This document shows positions 47,985 to 58,087 of a stretch of 64,000 bases of DNA, piece after piece. The stretch spans positions 128,251 to 192,250 of the forward strand of contig JAEOTP010000012.1 in NCBI GenBank assembly GCA_016839765.1. The letters run 5' to 3'. A program made the position numbers and the translations under genes. The DNA comes from Promethearchaeota archaeon (GTDB lineage Archaea; Asgardarchaeota; Lokiarchaeia; Sigyniarchaeales; SOKP01). A model generated the notes under the pieces. That model did not search any database and was not told the origin of the DNA. It saw only the letters and a program-made list of their open reading frames with translations. Position 1 is the stretch's first letter; each line of letters begins with the position of its first letter.

Positions 47985-48266
47985 GTGGTGCCAGATAAAG
48001 AAAATGGAAAAGATGAAAAAAAAATAGATATTCCAATCAGAGGAAAAGAGTGGGAAAAAGGATTTACAGTTGAAGAAAATAGAGTAAATGAATATGTAGA
48101 ATTGTATGAATCGATTGGGTATGAAGTACGTGTTGAACCTGCTACTCCTGATGAAATGGAGGATTGTCAAGAATGTTTTAAAGCTGATTTTGATAATTTA
48201 CGAACAATCTATATCAAGCGAACAAAAAATAAAGAAAATGAAATGGATTTAGATGATTTAATGTAA
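47985..48266 (+). CDS. Small acidic hypothetical protein with CxxC
   Basis: WEKGF...RVNEYVELYESIGYEVRVEP...CQEC; divergent from the bzd operon. Confidence 0.65.
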   Translation: MVPDKENGKDEKKIDIPIRGKEWEKGFTVEENRVNEYVELYESIGYEVRVEPATPDEMEDCQECFKADFDNLRTIYIKRTKNKENEMDLDDLM

Positions 48267-48278
48267 TTTTAATTCAAT

Positions 48279-48350
48279 TTATACCTTAAGAGCCAATTCT
48301 CCCTTTCGCATAATTGGTTCAGCCGTTCCATCTTCTAAAATTCTGTCAAC
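48279..48350 (-). pseudogene. Possible remnant of an M29 aminopeptidase C-terminus
   Basis: VDRILEDGTAEPIMRKGELALKV* resembles AmpS/AmpT termini (from recall). The frame is closed shortly upstream. Confidence 0.35.
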
Positions 48351-48406
48351 TAAAAATTGTAAATTTTTAGTCAAAATTTTAATCTATTTTTTCATTAACT
48401 TAATCT

Positions 48407-48847
48407 ATGTCGACACTAAAAATCGTTAAATTTGAAGATTTTAATGTAGGAGATTCTGCTTCATTTGCAAAAACTATAACTGAGGCAGATGTAACACTAT
48501 TTGCAGGGATATCAGGAGATTTCAATCCTTTACATATTAATGAACAATTTGCAAAAACTCAAATGTTTGGTAAACGGGTTGTTCATGGTGCTTTTAGTTC
48601 TGCTTTAATTTCAGCAGTACTTGGTGCTCATCTATTTGGTCCAGGGGCGCTTTACGCTTCTCAAAGAGTTGTATTCAAAAAACCTGTCTATATCGGCGAT
48701 ACAGCAACAGCGGTGGCAACAATTACTAAGAAATATACTAAAGAAGGTAAAAGTGGAACATTACAATTTCTTGATGTGGAAACCAAGGTTTACAATCAAA
48801 AGGATGAAGTAGTTACTGATGGAGAAGCCCAAGTAATAGTGATGTAA
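48407..48847 (+). CDS. MaoC/PhaJ-type (R)-enoyl-CoA hydratase
   Basis: FAGISGDFNPLH, VVHG, PG, FKKPVYIGD. Confidence 0.9.
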   Translation: MSTLKIVKFEDFNVGDSASFAKTITEADVTLFAGISGDFNPLHINEQFAKTQMFGKRVVHGAFSSALISAVLGAHLFGPGALYASQRVVFKKPVYIGDTATAVATITKKYTKEGKSGTLQFLDVETKVYNQKDEVVTDGEAQVIVM

Positions 48848-48898
48848 TTCTATTTTTTTATATTCTTTATTTTCTTAAGTCTTTTTGCCTCCATAAAA

Positions 48899-50176
48899 TC
48901 AGGTTTGCGGAAAAAACAAAACTGTTGGAACTAAATTTCCTTTAAGTGATAATCTCTCATTTTTTGCAAGGTTTACTAGTTTCGATGCTAAATAGTTTAT
49001 CGATTGTTCGACAGAATCAAGATTGAATAGTTTTCTATATTTAGTATCATCTGGATTTGATAACACTGTTTTTTGCCATTTTAAACCAAAAGCATTTGCC
49101 TGTAATTGTAACCCTGCTAATGCCATCCCTGCTTCAATTTCAGCCCAATATTTTACATTCATAACTCTATGCATAGGTCCGGCACATGGCTTCTTTCTAT
49201 CAATACATAGTAGAATAGCATAATTAGATAAATTAGTACTAAATTCCTTTTCAATTTCTACCTTAGAACTATCTGAAGTAAAATGCTGAAGAAAATGATC
49301 ATATGTTATTTTATCATTCACTTTAATCCATCTATTTAACGCCGAATATCCAATTGGATTATATATGTAAGATCCCTTTGGTAGGTTAGCAAGCTCTTCC
49401 ACAATAACTATTGGATAAACAGCATATCCTGCGCATCCAGAAGCATGGACTCTGCCATACCCGTTTTTCTCTAAAGAATCTCTGTTTCCATGAGTAGCAT
49501 GATCATTTTCCCCTTGGCAAGCCCATAATAATTGAGAGATCTCATTTAAAGTCGCATGATTCGGAATCTTTTTTTCCGTCTGATTAAATATGGCAGTATC
49601 TAATGGTAACCCCTCATATTGATTCTTATAGATTGCGCGATCTTTATAGCATGCTGGAGTGTCGAGTAATACAGTTCCACTTTCAACTTCTTTTTGAAGA
49701 GGTTCTAATGTATCTTCAACTAAAGCCCCTCGATCTCTTTCTCGAACTGCTACTGAATATAAAAAGATATGGTTTTGATTGAGTTCATTATTAATGAGTT
49801 TATTAAATTTTTTCGGAGCTCTTGCGCGTTGTGACACTCCAAGTCCCATACTTTCCACTTTTAATGAGAGATATTGCCAAACAAGCCCTACATGGATTAA
49901 CTCATCTAACTCGATTGATTCTTTCCAAATTAATTCTGGATAGAGCTCCATTGAATATTGGGTTTTTCCTTTATCTGTAATTAATGTCAACTCGCTATTT
50001 TTATACAAATAAGTTCCACCCGAATAATCCTTTCCTTCAGGTAACACTACAAATAAAGACTTTGAGGGTGCCGCTTGGTTGGCCGATTTACAAATATCTA
50101 AGATCTCTCTCATTGATAAAGTTTTACCCGCCCCGGAGCAGTCTTTACGACTTGCTAAACATCCTTGTAAACTCAT
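48899..50176 (-). CDS. Nitroreductase/SagB-like flavoprotein, apparently with a duplicated domain
   Basis: EISQLLWACQG...RVHAS...YP, EAGMALAGLQLQANAFGL. A similar N-terminal half contains AAPS and GLVWQYLSLKVESMGLG. Confidence 0.6.
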   Translation of the reverse strand: MSLQGCLASRKDCSGAGKTLSMREILDICKSANQAAPSKSLFVVLPEGKDYSGGTYLYKNSELTLITDKGKTQYSMELYPELIWKESIELDELIHVGLVWQYLSLKVESMGLGVSQRARAPKKFNKLINNELNQNHIFLYSVAVRERDRGALVEDTLEPLQKEVESGTVLLDTPACYKDRAIYKNQYEGLPLDTAIFNQTEKKIPNHATLNEISQLLWACQGENDHATHGNRDSLEKNGYGRVHASGCAGYAVYPIVIVEELANLPKGSYIYNPIGYSALNRWIKVNDKITYDHFLQHFTSDSSKVEIEKEFSTNLSNYAILLCIDRKKPCAGPMHRVMNVKYWAEIEAGMALAGLQLQANAFGLKWQKTVLSNPDDTKYRKLFNLDSVEQSINYLASKLVNLAKNERLSLKGNLVPTVLFFPQT

Positions 50177-50406
50177 TTTTAAATCATTTGTATTATTTAT
50201 TTAACTGTAATTAGATATTTATTTCAGATTAAATTTATGATATACGATTTCCAGAGAAAAATCCCATAAATGTGGGAAAAGGTAAAATTTTTTATATAAT
50301 TTAGATGTTTAAAATAAGATTAAAATATTTTTGAAATCGTTCTGAGTCATTAAAACAGAGAAATTATTTATTCAAATGAATATATTTAAGAAAAGAGGAT
50401 AGTTGT

Positions 50407-51984
50407 ATGACATGGCTTAATATTGGTGAAATAATTAATGTTAATGCAAATAAATATCCAGACAAACTTGCTTTAAAAGATGCAAGACGACAATTAACAT
50501 TTAAACAATTAAATGAAAGATCTAACAAACTTGCCAATGGAATTCTAAAAAGTGGGATAAAAAAAGGTGATAAATTAGCTGTTTTATCTAATAATTGCAT
50601 TGAATTTATGGAAATTTATGTAGCTGCTACTAAAGGGGGATTTATAATCGTTCCCTTAAATTTTCGCTTACACCCAGATGAAATTTCATTTGTAATTAAT
50701 AACTCAGATGCAAAATGGTTATTTGTAGAATCTCGATTCTATGAGGCTACTGAGAAAATATGGCAAAGAGCTAAGGAATTAGGTTTTGAAAATGTAGAAC
50801 GTGTATTAATAGCCGATCAACCAGCAGAGGGTTGGAAATATTTTGAAGATATTGTAAAAATAGGAGAGAATACGTATCCCTCTGTGAGAGTTAAGCCAGA
50901 AGATACATGGGTTATTCTCTATACATCAGGTACCACTGGGAGACCAAAGGGAGTAGTACGCTCCCACCGATCTTACATTGCATTTTTTCTAATTAATGAA
51001 GCAGAATTCTCATTCACACCTCAAGATTATGGAATGATTCTGATGCCATTGTCCCATGTAAATTCCACATTCTACTCATTTGTTTTTACTTACCTAGGAG
51101 CCTCAGTTTATATCCATATTGAGTATAAATTTGATCCCGAAGAGGTTTTAAAGATAATTGATCAAGAGAAAATAACGTTCACTTCGATGATCCCTACTCA
51201 TTATAATCTAATATTAAGCCTTCCGGAAGAAGTAAAACAAAACTATGATCTTAGCCATGTACGGGCATTATTAACTTCTTCGGCTCCTGCAACTAAACAA
51301 ATGAAATTAGATGTAATGCAACTTTTTAATAAGACGAAGTTATTTGAAGCTTACGGTTCAACAGAAGCAGGACTTGTAACACTCCTCAGACCTGAAGACC
51401 AGATGAATAAATTAGGTTCCATTGGGAAAGAGTGCATTGGAACAGATTGTATAAAACTTTTAGATGAAGAAGGGAATCCAGTATCTGTAGGAGAAATTGG
51501 TGAATTATATTCCCGTGGGCCACAAATGTTTGATGAGTACTACAAATTACCAGAAAAGACTAAGGAATCTTTTAAAGGAGAGTTTTTTAGTGCTGGTGAT
51601 ATGGGTAAAAAAGATGAAGATGGTTATTATACACTTGTAGATAGAAAAGCTAATATGATAATATCTGGCGGAGAACACGTTTATCCTTCTGAAGTTGAAA
51701 AAGTTATTGTAACACATCCTTCAGTTGTAGAATGTGCTGTAATTGGATTGCAAGATTATAAATGGGGCGAAAGTGTAACAGCTGTTTGCATTTTAAATAA
51801 AGAAGTATCTTCTGATGAATTTACTAAAGATATACGTCAATATTGCGAAAATAAATTAGCAAGATTTAAGATTCCAAAACAGTTTTTAATCATTAGTTCA
51901 AACAAGATGCCTAGGACCGGTTCTGGCAAAGTAATACACCGACTATTACGAGAACGATTTAATAAACAAATTAATAATAAATAA
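50407..51984 (+). CDS. AMP-forming acyl/aryl-CoA ligase
   Basis: YTSGTTGRPKG, YGSTE, SAGD, DRKANMIISGG, PRTGSGK. Confidence 0.92.
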   Translation: MTWLNIGEIINVNANKYPDKLALKDARRQLTFKQLNERSNKLANGILKSGIKKGDKLAVLSNNCIEFMEIYVAATKGGFIIVPLNFRLHPDEISFVINNSDAKWLFVESRFYEATEKIWQRAKELGFENVERVLIADQPAEGWKYFEDIVKIGENTYPSVRVKPEDTWVILYTSGTTGRPKGVVRSHRSYIAFFLINEAEFSFTPQDYGMILMPLSHVNSTFYSFVFTYLGASVYIHIEYKFDPEEVLKIIDQEKITFTSMIPTHYNLILSLPEEVKQNYDLSHVRALLTSSAPATKQMKLDVMQLFNKTKLFEAYGSTEAGLVTLLRPEDQMNKLGSIGKECIGTDCIKLLDEEGNPVSVGEIGELYSRGPQMFDEYYKLPEKTKESFKGEFFSAGDMGKKDEDGYYTLVDRKANMIISGGEHVYPSEVEKVIVTHPSVVECAVIGLQDYKWGESVTAVCILNKEVSSDEFTKDIRQYCENKLARFKIPKQFLIISSNKMPRTGSGKVIHRLLRERFNKQINNK

Positions 51985-52022
51985 GTAATTTTTAAGAAAT
52001 TAATTGAAAGGAGATAAAACTA

Positions 52023-53231
52023 ATGTCATTTAAAAATGCTTATATACCGTATGGCCAGTATTGGAGTACACCTTTTAGTAGGTGGCAAATGAGTTTCCAA
52101 AATCTTCATGCTATAAAATTTGCGGCAGAAATTACGACTAGATTTTTAAAAAATAGAGAAATTTCTCCTAATGAATTTGATGAAGTCATATTAGGTATTA
52201 CTATTCCACAATTATATTGCTTCTATGGAGGTCCTTGGTTAGCGAGCTTAATTGGAGCTGAACATGTTACTGGACCTATGATTAGCCAAGCATGTGCTAC
52301 AGGAACTAATTGTATTTCGATGGCTGCGCAGAATATAGAAACGGGAGTAAATAAAAATGTACTTGTAGTAACCGCAGATCGATGTTCCAATGGACCTCAT
52401 CTTGTCTATCCGAACTCTCAAGCACCTGGGAGCACGCCAGATGCAGAAAATTGGGTATGGGATAATTTTGGGAGAGATCCTTTTGCTAAAAATGCAATGA
52501 TCGAAACAGCTGAAAATGTAGTTAAAGAAGTTGGGATCACAAGAAAAGAACAAGATGAAGTTACGATTTTACGTTATAATCAATATCAAGATGCTTTAAT
52601 GGATAATAGAGCTTTCCAAAAAAAATATATGTTAGAACCAATTGAAGTTAAAGATCGCTCTGGTCGAAAGATACTAGCAACTGTAGAAGGAGATGAGGGA
52701 ATATATCCAACAACTATGGAGGGTTTATCGAAGCTTAGACCAGCGCTTCCAGAAGGTACAGTTACTTATGGAACTCAAACACATCCAGCAGATGCTAATT
52801 GTGGTATTATTGTTGCTACAAAAGAAAAAGCAGATCAGTTAAAGAAAAGAGAAGATGTTAAGATAAGAATCGTATCGTATGGAGAATATAAAACAAAGAA
52901 AGGATATATGGCTATGGCTATTATTCCTGCTGCAAAAAGAGCTTTAGAAAATGCGGATATTTCTATAAGTGATGTATCAGTAATTAAAACACATAATCCC
53001 TTTGCTGTTAATGATGTATATTTTTGTAAGGAGATGGATATTAATTGGAAGGATATGAATAATTACGGAAGCTCACTTATATATGGTCATCCTCAAGCAC
53101 CTACAATGATGAGAATTATAATAGAATTAATTGAAGAACTGGTGTTGAAAGGAGGAGGTTACGGGTTAGCAGATGGTTGTGCTGCTGGAGATACAGCAGC
53201 ATCTATGGTCTTGGAAGTATCAGTTGATTGA
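52023..53231 (+). CDS. Thiolase-family protein
   Basis: QACATG, HNPFA, YGHP, GCAAGD. Confidence 0.87.
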   Translation: MSFKNAYIPYGQYWSTPFSRWQMSFQNLHAIKFAAEITTRFLKNREISPNEFDEVILGITIPQLYCFYGGPWLASLIGAEHVTGPMISQACATGTNCISMAAQNIETGVNKNVLVVTADRCSNGPHLVYPNSQAPGSTPDAENWVWDNFGRDPFAKNAMIETAENVVKEVGITRKEQDEVTILRYNQYQDALMDNRAFQKKYMLEPIEVKDRSGRKILATVEGDEGIYPTTMEGLSKLRPALPEGTVTYGTQTHPADANCGIIVATKEKADQLKKREDVKIRIVSYGEYKTKKGYMAMAIIPAAKRALENADISISDVSVIKTHNPFAVNDVYFCKEMDINWKDMNNYGSSLIYGHPQAPTMMRIIIELIEELVLKGGGYGLADGCAAGDTAASMVLEVSVD

Positions 53232-54496
53232 AAAAAATATACACATTAACCATATTTAAGGCGTGTGATTTGTATAGGAAAGAAATAGCAGCTACTAAGG
53301 AATTAAAACAATTAATGGCTGATTATTATCATAAATTAGATCATTTCTCTAAAAGTAATGATAAAAAAGTTGCTTGGTGCTCGAGTGTTGGTCCCGCAGA
53401 AATTTTAAGAAGTCTAGGATTTGAAGTATATTTCCCAGAAAACCATAGTGCTCTATTAGGATCCTCTAGAACGGCAACAGATCTAATTCCATATGCTAAC
53501 GCGATAGGATATTCACCTGAGATTTGTTCTTATCTTACTGCAGATATAGGTGCCTATTTAAAAAAATTTACACCATTAACACGAATTTACCCTACAATTA
53601 AGAGTGTTCCAAGACCTGATGTATTGGTATTTAACACAAATCAATGTAGAGAGGTACAAGATTGGTTTGGTTGGTATGCGAACGAATTTAAAGCCCCTTT
53701 AGTTGGTATTTCTACACCTAGAAATGTGGGAGAGGTTACTAATACGCAAATTACATTCATTGCTAAACAGATGGAGGAGTTTATTGAAATCTTAGAAAAG
53801 ATTTCAACCATTAAATTCGAAATGGATGAGCTTAAAAAGATAGTCTCTCTCTCACGTGAATGTTCTGATCTTTGGAAAAAAGTTCTGGACACTGCGGCCA
53901 CTATCCCTTCACCCCTTACTTTCTTTGACGGAACTATTCAGATGGGACCTGCAGTTGTTTTGAGAGGAACACAACAAGCTGTAGATTACTATAAGATACT
54001 ATTAGCAGAACTACAAGAGAGAGTGGAAAATCATATAGGAGCTATAGATGATGAGCATTTTAGGCTTTATTGGGAAGGAATGCCAATTTGGGGAAGGTTA
54101 AAACACTATTCAGAGTTATTTGCAAGTCTTAAAGTATGTGTAGTCGCTTCAACTTATTGTAATAGTTGGATATTTTCTGCTTTTAATGAAAAAGATCCAT
54201 TCAAAAGCATGGCAAAAGCATATAGTGAAATCTTTATATCACGTTCAGATGAATATAAAGAGATATATCTTAAGAAAATGATAAATTACTTTAAAATCGA
54301 TGGTATTCTCTTTCATGATGCAAAAACATGCCCACATAATACCAATAGTCGCTATGGAATGCCTCAAAGACTTGAAGGTGAGATTGAGATTCCTACATTG
54401 ATTTTAAATGGAGATTTAAATGACTTAAGATGCCTCTCTGATGAACAATCAAGAACAAGCATAGAAGCATTTATAGAACAACTAGAAGATCGTTAA
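53228..54496 (+). CDS. 2-hydroxyacyl-CoA dehydratase/BcrB-BcrC family subunit
   Basis: FPENH, EICSY, NQC, HDAKTC, SIEAFIE. Confidence 0.85.
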   Translation: MKKIYTLTIFKACDLYRKEIAATKELKQLMADYYHKLDHFSKSNDKKVAWCSSVGPAEILRSLGFEVYFPENHSALLGSSRTATDLIPYANAIGYSPEICSYLTADIGAYLKKFTPLTRIYPTIKSVPRPDVLVFNTNQCREVQDWFGWYANEFKAPLVGISTPRNVGEVTNTQITFIAKQMEEFIEILEKISTIKFEMDELKKIVSLSRECSDLWKKVLDTAATIPSPLTFFDGTIQMGPAVVLRGTQQAVDYYKILLAELQERVENHIGAIDDEHFRLYWEGMPIWGRLKHYSELFASLKVCVVASTYCNSWIFSAFNEKDPFKSMAKAYSEIFISRSDEYKEIYLKKMINYFKIDGILFHDAKTCPHNTNSRYGMPQRLEGEIEIPTLILNGDLNDLRCLSDEQSRTSIEAFIEQLEDR

Positions 54497-54570
54497 AGAT
54501 CAGAATTAAACTAAAACATTTTTAAGTGATAATTTAATAGAATGATTTGAAAATAAGAGCGAAATGAAAA

Positions 54571-55038
54571 ATGGTAAACATAAAAGCTATTGAAATAAAA
54601 AACTATATTGGTAAGAAATTCGTTACAAAATGGTATCAAGTTTCTCAAGAAGCAATAAATAAATTTGCTGATCTCACAAAAGATCATCAATATATCCACA
54701 TTAATCCTGAAAGAGCAGAACAATCAATTTATGGCAAAACCGTCGCCCACGGTTTTTTTGTTTTATCTATGTTGGGGTTCTTTACTTTACAAGATGGTGA
54801 AAGGGATTTAATGCAATTTTATATAACAGATGCAAAAGCAATAATTAATTATGGATTCGATAAAATTAGGTTTATATCTGCTGTTCCAGTAGGCTCTTTT
54901 ATTCGAGATGTATCATATATCTCTAAGGTTGAGCTGGTTGGAAAAGGTATGAAATTCACATCACATCATACTATTGAAATTAAAGCGCAAGAGAAACCGG
55001 CTCTAATTGCGGAATGGATCAACCTACTTGTTCTGTAA
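54571..55038 (+). CDS. MaoC (NodN-like) dehydratase
   Basis: FADLTKDHQYIH, TVAHG, INYGFDKIRF. Confidence 0.88.
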   Translation: MVNIKAIEIKNYIGKKFVTKWYQVSQEAINKFADLTKDHQYIHINPERAEQSIYGKTVAHGFFVLSMLGFFTLQDGERDLMQFYITDAKAIINYGFDKIRFISAVPVGSFIRDVSYISKVELVGKGMKFTSHHTIEIKAQEKPALIAEWINLLVL

Positions 55039-55314
55039 AACACTTGTATCATTTTCAAGGTGGAGAAAAAATTATAAAAGAATTGAAAGAAATGCAATTT
55101 CAATATAATCTAATAACACTTCTTTAGATAAATTAAATCTTGCCTTATTTATTTATAACCAATTAAAATGATAAGAGATGAATTAATAATCTAATATATT
55201 TCATAGTAGTGTTTAAGTAATATTATAAAAAAATAATACTCCAAATCTATATATAGAATATTTGCTTAAGAATCCTATAGTTCTAAAATTGAAAGAAAAA
55301 CTTAGCAAATTTAC

Positions 55315-57489
55315 ATGAAACCTACTCGGGTCTATTTATTATTATTTATTTTAATTTTGAATTTTAGTTTTCTATTACAAGGAAATAATATTATTAGTTC
55401 CGAACAAGAGAATAAGGATAAAAGGAATGTATATCTCCCTCTAACTTCAAGTTCTTCACTTGTTTGTGTATGGAATCGCACGTGGGGTGGAACTAGTACT
55501 GATTATGGTTATAGCGTGGGGTTGGATTCTATAGGTAATATATATCTTGCGGGATATACATGGAGTTTCGGGGTGGGAGATTGGGATTTGATTCTGGTGA
55601 AATATGATCAGTACGGTGTACAACAATGGAATCGCACGTGGGGAGGATTTAGTGCTGAATATGGCTATGGAGTGACAGTAGATTCTTTAAATAATGTGTA
55701 CCTTGTGGGATATACATGGAGTTTCGGGGTGGGAGATTATGATATGGTTCTGGTAAAATATGATGAAGACGGCAATCAGCAATGGAATCGCACGTGGGGA
55801 GGATTTAGTGCTGAATATGGCTATGGAGTGACAGTAGATTCTTTAAATAATCTGTACCTTGTGGGATATACAGGGAGTTTTGGAGTGGGATCTCGTGATA
55901 TAGTTCTGGTAAAATATGATGAAAACGGTGATCAGCAATGGAATCGTACTTGGGGAGGAACTGGTTGGGATGTTGGCCGTGCAGTAACAGTAGACTCTTT
56001 AGGTAACGTGTATCTGACGGGATACACTGAAAGTTTTGGAGAAGGATTATATGATATAGTTCTTGTAAAATACAATGAAAATGGAGTGCAGCAATGGAAT
56101 CACACATGGGGAGGAACTGATTGGGATCTGGGCTATGGTGTAGTGGTAGATTCGTCAAGTAATGTGTATCTTACGGGATATACAGATTTTTTTGGAGCGG
56201 GATTGAGAGATATAGTTCTGGTAAAATATGATACAAATGGTGTGCAACAATGGAATCGTACATGGGGTGGAACTAGCAATGAGATTGGCTATCAAATAAT
56301 GGGAGATTCATTAAGTAATGTTTATCTTGTGGGAAAAACTGAAAGTTTTGGAGCGGGATATTATGATATGGTTCTGATAAAGTATGACAGTAACGGAGTT
56401 CAGCAATGGAATCGTACATGGGGCGGAAGTAATATTGATTCTGGCCAGGGAATAGCATTAAATTCATCAGATAATATATATCTTGCGGGATATACAAGCA
56501 GTTTTGGAGGAGGCGATTCTGATTTGATTTTAGTAAAATACAGTCCAGATATTTTTAACCCAGTAATTACCATAAACAGTCCGTCCCAAAATGAGATATT
56601 TGGAGTTAAACCTCCACAATTCAATATTTCCATTAAAGAACCGAATTTAAATAATACTTGGTACACAATAGATAATGGTACTACTAATATTACATTTAAT
56701 GGTTTTACTGGAACAATTAATCAAACAGAATGGGATAAAAAAGGAAATGGTGAAGTAATTATTATATTCTATGCAAACGATTCTTTAGCAAATATTGACT
56801 CGAAAAGTGTTACAGTTTGGAAGGATTTAATAAATCCTGCAATTAAAATAAACTCACCAATACCAAATCAATTATGTGGAATTATAGCTCCTACATTTTC
56901 ACTTACTTTAGATGAACCCCATCTTCATAAAAAATGGTATTCACTAAATGGAGGGCAAAATATTACTTTTATCACAGAAAATCAGATATATCAAGCAGAA
57001 TGGGATAAGTATGGAAACGGTACAATTCTTATCAGATTTGGTGCTAATGATACTGCAGGTAATATTAATTATACCGAGGTCTTGGTAAGAAAAGATGCCT
57101 GTGAACCAGAAATTACGATCGACTCTCCTCTTTCTAATCAGACCTTTGGATTAAATGCGCCTAGTTTCAATATTTCAATAGATGAGGAAACATCAGTCTA
57201 TTGCTGGTTTACGATAGAAGGTGTTGCAGGAGAATTTCCTTTGACCGAATTAAATGGAACAATCAATCAAGAAGCGTGGGATGACGCACTTGACGGGCAA
57301 ATTACACTTACATTCTATGCACGAGATGAAGCAGGGAATATAGGATCAAATTATGTTATTGTGAGAAAGCAATTACCAGAAGAACTAGCAATTCCTGGAT
57401 GTAATATTATCATAATTATAGCTATATCGTGGTTTTCGGTAATTATTTCAGTTTATCATATCAAGAATAAAATTAAATACTATAACTAA
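55315..57489 (+). CDS. Secreted/surface SBBP beta-propeller protein with Ig-like domains and a C-terminal membrane anchor
   Basis: Signal peptide, seven 52-aa WN(R/H)TWGG repeats, three PxIxIxSP...A(N/R)DxxxN Ig-like repeats, then IPG, a hydrophobic stretch and a basic tail. Confidence 0.85.
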   Translation: MKPTRVYLLLFILILNFSFLLQGNNIISSEQENKDKRNVYLPLTSSSSLVCVWNRTWGGTSTDYGYSVGLDSIGNIYLAGYTWSFGVGDWDLILVKYDQYGVQQWNRTWGGFSAEYGYGVTVDSLNNVYLVGYTWSFGVGDYDMVLVKYDEDGNQQWNRTWGGFSAEYGYGVTVDSLNNLYLVGYTGSFGVGSRDIVLVKYDENGDQQWNRTWGGTGWDVGRAVTVDSLGNVYLTGYTESFGEGLYDIVLVKYNENGVQQWNHTWGGTDWDLGYGVVVDSSSNVYLTGYTDFFGAGLRDIVLVKYDTNGVQQWNRTWGGTSNEIGYQIMGDSLSNVYLVGKTESFGAGYYDMVLIKYDSNGVQQWNRTWGGSNIDSGQGIALNSSDNIYLAGYTSSFGGGDSDLILVKYSPDIFNPVITINSPSQNEIFGVKPPQFNISIKEPNLNNTWYTIDNGTTNITFNGFTGTINQTEWDKKGNGEVIIIFYANDSLANIDSKSVTVWKDLINPAIKINSPIPNQLCGIIAPTFSLTLDEPHLHKKWYSLNGGQNITFITENQIYQAEWDKYGNGTILIRFGANDTAGNINYTEVLVRKDACEPEITIDSPLSNQTFGLNAPSFNISIDEETSVYCWFTIEGVAGEFPLTELNGTINQEAWDDALDGQITLTFYARDEAGNIGSNYVIVRKQLPEELAIPGCNIIIIIAISWFSVIISVYHIKNKIKYYN
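55471..56545 (+). repeat. Intragenic tandem repeat, 156-bp period, 7 units
   Basis: 55624-55695 and 55780-55851 are identical over 72 bp. Confidence 0.85.
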
Positions 57490-57632
57490 AGTAAGTTTCT
57501 ATGATGAACTTTTCTAAAGGTGGGAACAAAATGAAATAAAGGCTACTTACTATTTTTTCACCTTTTTTTCCTCTTTATTTTTTTATTATAAAAAACGAAA
57601 AAATGAACATATAACTATAAACCAAATAAACT

Positions 57633-57914
57633 TTATCCTCCCACTAAGGGAGGAGAAATAACTATTTGGTCTCCATCCTTTAATTTTGTGTTTAATTCTT
57701 CCAAAAATAGATAATTTCTTCCATTTATTAGAATGACTATATGTGTCTCTAAATTTCCTTGGGCATCAATAAAGCTTTTCCTTAATTTCTTACCATACTT
57801 ACTCATAAATTGATCGATTACATCGCCTAGTGTATTAACATCTGAGTAGTTAATCTGTGTTAATCCAACATCTGTGGAAAATATTGCCATCAATTTTAAT
57901 ACGACATTTACCAT
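57633..57914 (-). CDS. MoaD/SAMP-type sulfur carrier
   Basis: VILINGRN...LKDGDQIVISPPLVGG with a free C-terminal GG; near the AOR. Confidence 0.88.
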   Translation of the reverse strand: MVNVVLKLMAIFSTDVGLTQINYSDVNTLGDVIDQFMSKYGKKLRKSFIDAQGNLETHIVILINGRNYLFLEELNTKLKDGDQIVISPPLVGG

Positions 57915-58087
57915 TACACTCTAAATAATAAAATGTTTGTTAAAAATTTTTTCCAAAAGAGTTTTAGAAGTTAATCAAAAGATTAAAAATTTTTACTAAT
58001 CTTATCTAATCAATACCCAAATTATCAATTAATTTCATAAATAAATTAACTTAATTGCTGCAAAATTCTCATATCAAGTGAAGTTGG

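Noticed and set aside
55471-56545. CRISPR array
   Set aside because: The repeats are in-frame 156-bp coding units of a beta-propeller, with no unique spacers and no cas genes.
57633-57914. MoaD/SAMP as the modifier of the E1-E2 cassette
   Set aside because: It is 23 kb away, has a MoaD-type sequence and sits beside the AOR. The cassette has its own Ubl.
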